The notes beneath the pieces were generated by a model. The model was not told the origin of the DNA. It ran no database searches and saw only the letters and a program-made list of their open reading frames with translations. A DNA stretch of 64,000 nt, from positions 90,520,001 through 90,584,000 of the forward strand of contig OX597816.1 in the NCBI GenBank assembly GCA_951406725.2, given 5' to 3'. Below, piece by piece: positions 1 through 9,788 of the stretch; position 1 is the first letter of the stretch, and each line of letters opens with the position of its first letter. The position numbers and the translations under genes are program-made. This DNA comes from Octopus vulgaris. Taxonomy: Eukaryota.

Positions 1-64
1 CAATGAGTAAAAATAGTAAGTAATCCATTTAACAGTTACTTAGATAATCCATGAGTAAACTTAC

Positions 65-173
65 GCTCAATTAGCGGTTTATCATCTTCTCTGTTTCTGG
101 AGTTCAGCCAGTCTTCTAATGTTTGTTCACAAAGTTCCATTTGTATATACAGAGTTTTACAGGATTTATACTG
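65..173 (-). CDS. EIF2AK1: HRI-like kinase exon 12, subdomain V: QYKSCKTLYIQMELCEQTLEDWLNSRNREDDKPLIE; gene continues off the window
   Basis: LYIQMELC..TL..WL hallmark of eIF2-alpha kinases; poly-T TAG/CAG acceptor and GTAAGT donor. Confidence 0.95.
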
Positions 174-519
174 CTAAAAAAAAAAGGAAAAAAAAATTTA
201 ATAAAACACTTTCAAGACGGACATAAGATTATGTATTGTAAAAAGCAAAACTAAAACCATAAAATAAAGTTTGGTTTTAAAATTTTTAAACAAACCCACA
301 TATACCTGACAGAAAAATTAGAAAATTTTTTTACAGAAATACTTTTTTCTATTTAATTGATTAAAGCGCAAAAATTGAAGACAAATTGAGAAGTTTTATA
401 TTTTCTTTAGTCATGAAGATTTTTGAGAAAGACACTTTAAATTACAGTTCAAAATGAGGCTGTTCCTCTATATTTGCAATAATCTTCAGCACAAAATGAA
501 AAAATCTGGAGAAATAAGA

Positions 520-1433
520 CTTGGGCTCACTAAACCCAATGGAGACCTGTGCCCCATTGCTGTTGGCTGCACCTTTCGCCGTCTCACTGCAAAGGTGTGC
601 TTACAATCAGTCTAGATTATTGGAGGAGGAATTTTCTCCCACCCAGCTAGGAGTGGGCACCAAATTAGGATGTAAAGCTGCTGCCCATGCTACCACAGAC
701 CATGCCAACTTTCCCTCCTTGTCACTTAAGGTCATCCTCAAACTTGACCTTAAGAATGCCTTCAACCCCATCGGCCATGATGCTGTCCCCAACTCTACCA
801 CCTTGCATGGCAGGCTTATTGGGAGCCCTCCTATCTCTCTTTTAGTGACCACATCATCACCTCCACCTCAGGAGTCCAACAGGGCAACCCACTTGGGCCC
901 TCTGTGTTTGCACTGGGCATTGATGTCATCAAAATGGGTGTCGAGCTAGACCTCAATGTCTGGTATCTTGATGATTGTTTGATGTGATGGGAAGAGACCT
1001 GATGGTCTCACCCTGTGCCACTGGTTGTAAGGCAGATGCCTTGTCTGGGATATCACAGTTAGCGACTCCTTTGCTTCTTCTCACATCCTGGATGCTGTGG
1101 TCAGGGCAAGATCCACAGCTTCTGCAGCAGAGCGGAACAAAATCCTGACATACTACGATCTGTTGGCCAACTACATTTTCCATTCTGTGGCATTCAAGAC
1201 GTTTGGTGGGGTTGGACCACTAACTGTGAGATTCCTGTCTTCACTGGCAACTCACCTTGCAGAGGTAACTGGTGAGGCTTGTGTAGGCGCTTGGCCGTTC
1301 CAGTGCATCAGCCTTGCCATCACCTGTGGCAACACTGCAAGCATGCTGGCATGTCTCAATAGCCATTAGAAAGGTTTTGTTCGCAGCACCCCCAACTTTT
1401 CAACCCAAGGTGGTGAATTGTTTTGGTTTATTC

Positions 1434-1437
<4 letters not shown>
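520..1437 (+). mobile_element. Degenerate CRE-clade non-LTR retrotransposon (RT plus restriction-like endonuclease), internally deleted
   Basis: Broken-frame motifs PIAVGCTFRRL, QLGVG, KLDLKNAFN, GVQQGNPLGP, WYLDD, then RPDGLT...LVWDITV and FQCISLAITCGN; ends at a (TA)n tract. Confidence 0.8.
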
Positions 1438-1465
<28 letters not shown>

Positions 1466-1472
<7 letters not shown>

Positions 1473-1892
1473 ATGCTACTGTGTAGGGTTCGGCGCGCAT
1501 GCGCAGAATGGGACTACTTCCGAGTGGCCACCGGAAGTCTTCCCCATGCGCATGTGCGGGAAAACGTTCCCTCGAGCCCGCGAAGCTCAAATCTCCCTCT
1601 TCGGCTAAGACAGCATTGCGGTCGGACGTGAACTCCCAGGCTCTGACAACCACTCGTGCTACGACATAGCGCCAACGACCATCAACCAACTTCAACAACT
1701 AACACGAAGCTGTATATCAGAGGCTGTCTTTCTCCCACCAGACAACGTACGACATCGCAATCAATAAACCAGAACTACTGTCCTTTTCACCTTTTAACCC
1801 GACTTTGTCTGTATTGTTTTCTAAGATTTTATATGTTACTAGATCGGATATCGACACCCTTTCAGTGCTTCGATAACAGATCCTTCGTTACA
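1466..1892 (+). repeat. 5' LTR
   Basis: TGTAGT...TTACA; about 7 mismatches to 6288-6714 by eye; AATAAA at 1763. Confidence 0.97.
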
Positions 1893-1894
1893 AT

Positions 1895-1903
1895 TGGTGA
1901 CCC
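1895..1903 (+). promoter_or_regulatory. Primer binding site, probably for tRNA-Trp
   Basis: TGGTGACCC lies 2 nt after the LTR and is complementary to the GGGUCACCA 3' end of eukaryotic tRNA-Trp; only 9 nt match. Confidence 0.7.
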
Positions 1904-2293
1904 TAAGTTGAAAAAAAAAAGAACAAGACAGAAGACACAGCGAACGGGTTTTTTTTGCCGGAGAGCGCTGAACATTCATTTTTTTTTTCATTTTTTATCT
2001 TTTCAGCACGGCGAGGTGGGTCAAATAAGCTTATTCATCGCACTCAGTACACAAAAAAAAAAAAAAAAAAAAAAAAAGAAAAAAGAAAACACACACACAT
2101 TCATTTTTTCCTTTTCTGTATTTTGTTTTCCTTGTACACACACTTATTTTTTTTGCTACCCACGAGGTGCGCACACACACACACAACAGTGCACAAAACA
2201 CAATTTTGATTTGCTTTGTCGGTCCACGTGTTCTCTCTCCATTTCTCGACCATACTCTCTGCCCCCTTCTCACAGATTCCTTCCGACAAAGGC

Positions 2294-3032
2294 ATGGCTT
2301 CAGGTTTGCCTTCATTCACGGGGGATGCGGGGCTGTGGTTTGCACAGGTGGAATCACACTTTGCCGCGCATACCATTCCTCCACAACAGCAGTTACATCT
2401 ACTGTATTCAAGTTTGCCCTCCCGGCTCGCAACATCGGTCAGGGACCTCATTGTGAGTCCCCACCCTGACGCCACATATGCGTCAGTAAAGGCGGAAATC
2501 CTCCGTCGCAATACGCGCTCAGAAGAAAGTCAGTTTAACGAGCTGATGGCCGACGAGCAGTTAGGGGACAGAACTCCATCCCAGTTTCTGCGCCATCTAA
2601 GGGAGCTAAGCGGCAACACAGCGGACGCGCCGCTCTTACGTAAAATATTTTTTTCAAGGCTGCCTGCCCACGTGCAGACAATGTTGGCCACGGCACTGGA
2701 TTCTGTGTCTGTGGCACTGGATTCTGTGTCTGTGGCACTGGATTCTGTGCCACGATGGCCGACAAGGTGTTGGAGTTTTCGCGCCCATCTCCCTCGCGGG
2801 GCCTGTACACATGTACAGAGCCCCCTCCGACGAACGATAAACTAGCCGAGAACATTGATGCGCTTACGCGGAGAATCGATGATCTGTGCCGTGCGATCGG
2901 ACGCCAATCTCGCAGTCGTAGTCGCAGTAGCTCTATTTCCCGTAGTCGGAATGACTCTGTTTCCATTGGAAGTATGCCGAAAAGGCAGATCGGTGTACCC
3001 TGCCGTGCACTTTCAAGCCCTCGGAAAACTAA
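2294..3032 (+). pseudogene. gag: gypsy gag, frameshifted
   Basis: LWFAQVESHF and LGDRTPSQFLRHL motifs, an RS-rich stretch, and terminal [17 protein letters not shown]...SEN*; spread over three frames. Confidence 0.9.
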
Positions 3033-6000
3033 ATCCGGAGGAGGTGAGCACGTCACCTTCTTCCATCTCGTTTCCCAAACATCGTGCATTCTTTGTAAAA
3101 GATCTGGTGTCGAAGAAATTCTTCATGGTGGACACCGGCTCCTGTTGCAGCATCTGGCCCCTTCGTCTGGCTGCAGACAAGCCCAAGCACTCTTCGATTG
3201 TCTTGCATGCTATTGACTCGTCTCCCATAACCACTTACGGTCAGATTTCGCTGCGCCTCGACCTCAACCTTCGTCGAGACTTTCAATGGGTTTTCGTCAT
3301 CGCTGACATCCCGCATCCTATTCTCGGCGCTGATTTCCTGGATAGGTTTAATCTATTGGTGGATGTCAGGCGTCGGAGGCTTCTTGATAGCACGACTTCG
3401 CTCTCTACACCGACTGGGAGTTCCACCACTGTGGTCCTTAGCCCGACATTCTTTGTTGCCACCTCTGGAGACCCTTTTCACTCTCTTTTGGTTTCATTTC
3501 CGGAGCTAGTGGACATTGCCTTTAAACCGGAAAAGCCTACCCACTCGACCCTCCATTTCATCACCACCACTGGGCCACCTGTATTCTCACGCCCCCGGCG
3601 CCTAGCGCCAGACCGACTAAAAGCGGCCAGGGCCGAGTTTGAGCACATTCTCCAACTTGGCCTTATACGCCCCTCCACCAGCCCTTGGGCATCTCCCCTT
3701 CATTTGGCGCGAAAGGGCGAGTCTGATTTTCGCCCGGTTGGAGACTATCGACGCCTCAATGCCGTCACAATAGCCGACCGCTATCCGATTAGAAATCTCC
3801 GGGACTTTACGGCAAATCTCCATGGTTGTACCATTTTTTCAAAGGTCGACCTCATACGCGCTTACCACCAAATACCGGTTAACCCAGCCGACATTCCAAA
3901 AACTGCGATCACTACCCCGTTTGGGTGTTTTGAGTTTTTGTACATGAGTTTCGGTTTGCGGAATGCTACTAGCACCTTCCAGCGTTTCATTGATGAGGTT
4001 GTCCGCGCGTATAGTATACGCATAAATCCCGACAAGTGTGTTTTCGGACGCTCTTCCCTAGATTTTCTAGGGCATCATATTGATTCGACTGGAATCAGCC
4101 CCCTCTCGTCAAAAGTCGATGCCATTCAACGCATCGCACCCCCCACTTCCTTGCGCCAGCTCGGGCATTATCTAGGGATGATCAATTTCTACCGACGTTT
4201 CATTCCCGGTTGTGCAGATAAGCTGCTACCTCTCACCAGGCTGTTAAAGGACTCTCCTAGAAAGGACAGTCAAGTCACCCTCTCTGTTGAGGCAGTGACA
4301 GCCTTTGAGTCCATTAAGAAGGAGCTGGCTTCTGTTTCTTTGCTTGCACATCCAGTTTCTGGTGCTTCTCTCTCTTTGACTGTGGACGCATCGGACACTG
4401 CGATTGGCGCTGTGTTACAACACACAGTGGATGATCATGTTCGACCTCTAGCCTTCTTTTCCCGTCAACTGCAACCAGCTGAACGACGATACAGCACCTT
4501 TGATCGTGAGCACCTAGCGATCTATCTATCGGTTCGTCATTTCCAGCATCAACTTGAAGGGCGAGATTTTGTGATCTATACGGATCACAAGCCCCTTACG
4601 TTTGCCCTGTTTTCAAAAACGGACAAACTCTCACCCCGTGCTTTTCGGCACCTGGATTTTATCTCTCAATTCACTAGCAACATTCGACACATACCTGGAA
4701 AAGAGAACGTTCCTGCTGACGCTCTCTCTCGCCTTCCAGTTTGCGCCCTTTCACCTCCTGCTGCTATCGACTTAGCTGCCATATCGCAGGAGCAGCCACC
4801 TTTGGCGTCGTTAGATTTAACTTCTCCCAAGTTCTCCTGTTGCCAGTTTTCCTACCTTCCGCTTCCGTCAGCCGAAGGCACCATTCTTTGTGACACTTCC
4901 ACTGGTTCTCCCAGGCCACTGGTGCCTGAGAACCATCAATGCTCAGTGTTTGAAGCACTGCACTCCTTATCACATCCTGGCATCGCTGCCACCCTTAAAC
5001 TAATCACTGCTCGGTTTTTCTGGCCGAATATGCGTCGCACTATTACTTCTTGGACATGCACCTGCTCCAAGTGTCAACGATCCAAGATTCAATGGCACGT
5101 TCGTGCCCCGCTTGGACAATTTCCCCCACGGAGGCCCGTTTTCGCCATGTCCACATCGATCTGGTTGGACCATGGCCTGTGAGTCGCGGGTTCTCTTATC
5201 TATTAACTTGTGTCGATCGCTTCTCCCGCTGGCCAGAAGCCATTCCGATAGCAGACATTTCTGCTGAGACTGTTGCACGAGCTTTTGTTTCAAACTGGAT
5301 TTCTCGCTTCGGAGTCCTGTCCCGATTGACAACTGATCGTGGACGTCAGTTTGAGGCCTCGCTATTTCGCGAATTGTCGCGAATTTTGGGTATGCACCAT
5401 ATCCACACCACAAGCTACCATACAGCGTCTAATGGATTGGTTGAGCGGTTCCATAGACAGCTCAAGGCCGCTCTTCGTGCCTCTTCAGACCCACAGTCCT
5501 GGATTGAATTTTTGCCCATTGTACTTCTCGGCTGTCGGACTGCTGTCAAGGCAGACCTGGGGTTTTCTGCTGCAGAGCTGCTGTATGGTACCACACTGGC
5601 ATTGCCTGGTACGATGTTGGTGCCAGACACTTCCCAGCCCCATGATCCGGCGACCTACGTCACCAGACTGCGGGCATATTTTTCGAACCTTCCACCCATG
5701 GTTTCCAGAAAGCAATCTCCACCGTCCCATCTTCCACCGGATATGAACACCTGATCGCATGTTTTTGTTCGGGACGACTCTGTGAAGGGCCCACTTGTTT
5801 CTCCCTACAAAGGACCTTTTCGTGTGCTTTCTCGCACACCAAAGGTTTTCATGATTGAGATAAATGGTCGTTCGGAGACCGTTTCCATGGACCGTTTAAA
5901 AAAGGCACATTTTGAGACGTCTTCATCTTTTGATGACAACCTTGACACACCCACCTATGCACCTTTAACAACACTTTCACCTGCACAAACGCCTTCACCT

Positions 6001-6156
6001 GCACAAACACCTTCACCTGCACAGACGCCTTTGCCTTCACCGGCTCCTACAACACCACCCTCGCCGTCAACGGGTGCCCCGAGCATACCGTATGTTACAA
6101 AATCGGGCAGAACAGTGCATTGGCCCAAGAAACTTTCAAAGACAATCTACATTTAA
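3023..6156 (+). pseudogene. pol: gypsy pol (protease, RT, RNase H, integrase), inactivated
   Basis: VDTGS protease, RT ([22 protein letters not shown]), RNase H (VDASD, TDHKPL) and integrase (HIDLVGP, TDRG, NGLVER). YxDD is missing, there is a frameshift near 5125 and a TGA at 5752. Confidence 0.93.
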
Positions 6157-6287
6157 CTTTCTTTCAAAATTTTTCTTGTTGTATGATATTATGTACCAAG
6201 TCTTCTGGGGGATCGGCAAGCCTTCTGTTTTCTGCAGCACCACCACAAATTTTCTTGTTGCCGTACTTTGCACTCGGAGGGGAGCCC

Positions 6288-6714
6288 TGTAGTGATGCTA
6301 CTGTGTAGGGTTCGGCGCGCATGCGCAGAATGGGACTACTTCCGGGTGGCCACCGGAAGTCTTCCCCATGCGCATGTGCGGGAAAACGTTCCCTCGAGCC
6401 CACGAAGCTCAAATCTCCCTCTTCGGCTAAGACAGCATTGCGGTCGGACGTGAACTCCCAGGCTCTGACAACCACTCGTGCTACGACATAGCGCCAACAA
6501 CCATCAACCAACTTCAACAACTAACACAAAGCTGTATATCAGAGGCTGTCTTTCTCCCACCAGACAACGTACGACATCGCAATCAATAAACCAGAACTAC
6601 TGTCCTTTTCACCTTTTAACCCGACTTCGTCTGTATTGTTTTCTAAGATTTTATATGTGACTAGATCGGATATCAACACCCTTTCAGTGCTTCGATAACA
6701 GATCCTTCGTTACA
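6288..6714 (+). repeat. 3' LTR
   Basis: Direct repeat of 1466-1892; preceded by the purine tract GGAGGGGAG (6276-6284). Confidence 0.97.
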
Positions 6715-7297
6715 TATATATATAGGCACACACAGACATACACACAAGAATACTGTCCCCTGTTCATTTTCCCAGGGGATTTTGGCTGGCATTAGGTTAA
6801 GCCGAGCAATTAGCCTCCACACAACAAGAAATAAAATCAGAAGCAGATTATAATGTATGTATTATAAAATTGAGTAAAAGAAAAGGATATTTCCTGTAAA
6901 TAAAAAAGAAAGTAGGTATAAAATAAAGATAAAAGAAAAATGACAAGCTGAAGTGACTCAAACAAGAAATTAATACAGGATTGTTAAAAGCTAATTACAA
7001 AATCTAGAAATGATCTTAATTTATTGTAAGATATGGAATATATCTGTAAGTTTGGGTAAAAAATCAAGTGTTGCATACCTGAGCAGAGCCATAGTTATAT
7101 AGTTAAACATTTAAATTTAGGAGAATTTATCTTCCAAAATTACCCAATGCATCTCAAATCTGAGCCTCCATGATCAATCATTTGCATCACTTAGTATTTA
7201 TTAGAAGAAAATCAGCAAAAAACAAAAGCATTCATCAATAGCAATATGTGAATCAAATGTCAAAAGAAATAAGAAAAGAAAAAGAAGTAATACTTAC

Positions 7298-7403
7298 AAT
7301 TACCGGAGATCCTTGAGAGTTACAAAGTTGATTATCAGAGCTTTCAGAGATATCACTTGAATTGGAAGATGAGTCTAATTCTTTGATATTTAATTTCTGA
7401 AAG
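7298..7403 (-). CDS. EIF2AK1: HRI-like kinase exon 11 (Ser-rich kinase insert): FQKLNIKELDSSSNSSDISESSDNQLCNSQGSPVI
   Basis: TTTTTCCTTCAAG acceptor and GTAAGT donor; phase 2 to 0; Ser/acidic composition typical of eIF2-alpha kinase inserts. Confidence 0.8.
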
Positions 7404-7442
7404 CTTGAAGGAAAAAGAAAAAAATGGAAAATTTATTATGAT

Positions 7443-7665
7443 TTAACCTTTAGCATTCAGATTACTTTGTCAAATGTAATGCTTGTTTATTCATATTGTT
7501 TTGAATTAATCATACATTATCTCATAACTTTAAAATTTCAGTGATGTGATTGTTTATTTTTAAGATGATGTATGGTAGGTGTGAGAGGTCAGATCTGATT
7601 GCTTTGAATACAAAACAGGTAAAATATTTGGGCTGGATATGGTTGGTTTAAATGCCAGAGGATTA
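7443..7665. mobile_element. Possible piggyBac-like MITE relic
   Basis: Begins TTAACCTTTAGCATT and ends AATGCCAGAGGATTA (degenerate inverted ends). Confidence 0.4.
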
Positions 7666-8097
7666 GAATACTTACAAATTATTTTATTAACCAATAGTTT
7701 TATGTGGCAAGCTAAGCCTGGGATACAGCTTCAGTTCTTTGTTAAGTAATTTCACATTTATTTCTCATATATGTGATTTTCAAATGTAATCAAAAGACAT
7801 GGGTGAGATGAACTTCATATGATGGGCTTATACTAATTACATTATGCAGGAGTACTGGAAAATTCCTGACTTTAAAGGTATTGTGAAAGGCCTGGTTGGA
7901 GGCCAAACCTTCCAAGTTCTTTTTATATCTTGTTTGATAATTATTTCCTATGGTAGTTTTTTTTCTTGTTTTTTTTCCACATCTTAAGGCTTTCCATATT
8001 TCTAACCATTCAACCATGAAGTAGTAAGTACAACTTATGTTAGTGAATAGTTCAGAGATGGAGAGTTTTCTGATAATGCAATATATAGCAGTGTACA

Positions 8098-8291
8098 TGG
8101 TGGTGCTGAAAAGTTCCTGGGTTTAAGGGCATTGTGAAAGGCATAGTTGGAAGCCCAACCTTCTGAGTTCTTTTTACAGGGCTTTGAGAAACTGAAGGCC
8201 TACTGCAATAAGTGTGTGAATCTGAGAGGGGAATATTTTAAATAAAATCATAATAAATTAATCCTCCTGTATTTTCTTTTCAGCACCCCAT
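8098..8291. mobile_element. Mariner-derived MITE (same family as 52419-52636)
   Basis: GGTGCTGAAAAG...CTTTTCAGCACC inverted ends; shares internal sequence with 52419-52636; partial copy near 7855-7925. Confidence 0.7.
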
Positions 8292-8537
8292 AGTACATAG
8301 TTTCAAACTGTTTGAGGGTGGATCAACAACTTTTTGGAGATTAAATGGAGCATGTACATAGCTACTTGACTTGTTAGACTAATGACCAAATCTTCATCTG
8401 CCCATAGCCTCCTGGTCTTTTTTAAAGAAATATAACACATATGTATAATCTTTGATGATCATAGGTTCTTCCAGTCATTGACGATAAAATGTTAAATAAC
8501 ATAACCACTGGAAATTTTCATTTCAAGATTATAGTAA

Positions 8538-9772
8538 ACTAGCAGAGATACCTCCGGCGTTGCTCGTGTTACATGCAATTGAAGAATTAGACATTTCTGT
8601 TATATTTTCTGTAATGAACTGGAATATCTATGTTTCAAATTTCATAAAAATTGCAGATGAGGGTTATTTCCCTCTTTACACACCCTAAAAAAATTGTAAT
8701 TGTGCCACAAGTATCCCATACTACTGATTTTTATGCACATATTTCAAAATTTCAGTCTTATTGAACCTGTTAAAAGGATTTTGCTCCTGAAAAATGGTCA
8801 TGGAACTCTAAAATGCGAGAGTGAAGGCCCCTGTTGGGGGTGGGTGTCTTAATGTCAAGCAGAGAAGTGGAATGCAAGCATTTGGGTCAGGATTCAAGTT
8901 TGAGGATAACTTTCTCTCTTCCTCTCATTAATTATGGAAGCCATGGAAAAGGTCACTGACCAATAGCCATTTAAAAAAAATGAGTTAAACTTTTCTTGGC
9001 TAAAATATTACAGGCGTTGATTTACCAAACAACTTTTTGATTTACCAAATTACTAGCGGTCACCTGGCCTTCACCCTGGTCTGTACTGTGCTCAAATGTA
9101 TTCATAAGGCATCTATTGTAATCCCATGTGTCTGATTGTAGTAAAAGGCTGCTAGTCACCACTCTTCATGAGAAAAAGGTCTAAATTCCAACCTGACTTG
9201 TCGTTTCTCTGATGTTTCCTGTTCTCTGGAGAGGGCATTTCTGGCTGCGTTACTTTGAAGTTGTTTCATTAGCACCTGTTCTCTTAAGCAGGCTTTCCTA
9301 TCAGCATGAGACTCAAAACTCCATTGTTTCTGTGCTGGTGTTTCTTGTTCCCTCAAGTGGGCTTGCCTGGTTGTTTCAAACTGAAGTTTTACTTCTTGTT
9401 CTTGCGGCTCCATGGCATTTTGATGTCTCCGAGACTGGAGCCTGTTCTGCCTTCCTTCTTGTGTTTCACTAGCTCTTTGATTTCTGGAGTGTTGGAATTT
9501 AGGTGATTGAAAAGTATCATGTTATTTTTTATGCATCATATTGAATGTTCTAAAGTAAGATATTTAAAAAATCAAAAGTAAATCCTGTAACATTGAATTC
9601 ATTTCTTGTTTCTAAATTCAATCATGCGGCTTCATTTCATCCAGTCAGTCCAGTATAACAATTATACCTTTTATATATATCACCAAACTTCAATTTATTA
9701 AATGAAAATACAATTGTTTCAAATCATAGCACATGTGACACAAGGAATTTTCAAATTACAATATAGTAGAAT
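8538..9772. mobile_element. Helitron/Helentron-like non-autonomous element
   Basis: ACTAGC...CCGGCGTTGCTCG type start (a similar start recurs at 9053); minus-strand ORF with (Q)ETxxQ/KRxxRL repeats like Rep N-terminal regions; ends ATATAGTAGA before (TA)n. Confidence 0.55.
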
Positions 9773-9788
9773 ATATATATATATATAT

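Larger units (their letters stand above)
1466..6714 (+). mobile_element. Ty3/gypsy LTR retrotransposon, full-length structure but defective, antisense to the host gene
   Basis: Paired 427-bp TG...CA LTRs, PBS, PPT, and gag + PR-RT-RNaseH-IN order; inserted in (TA)n with an apparent TATA TSD. Confidence 0.97.

Noticed and set aside
446-505. Possible extra kinase-insert exon (TTTCTCCAG acceptor)
   Set aside because: The required phase-0 reading reaches TGA before the donor.
1656-2456. 266-aa ORF across the LTR and leader, with poly-Lys
   Set aside because: Low-complexity translation of homopolymer tracts; gag is in another frame starting at 2294.
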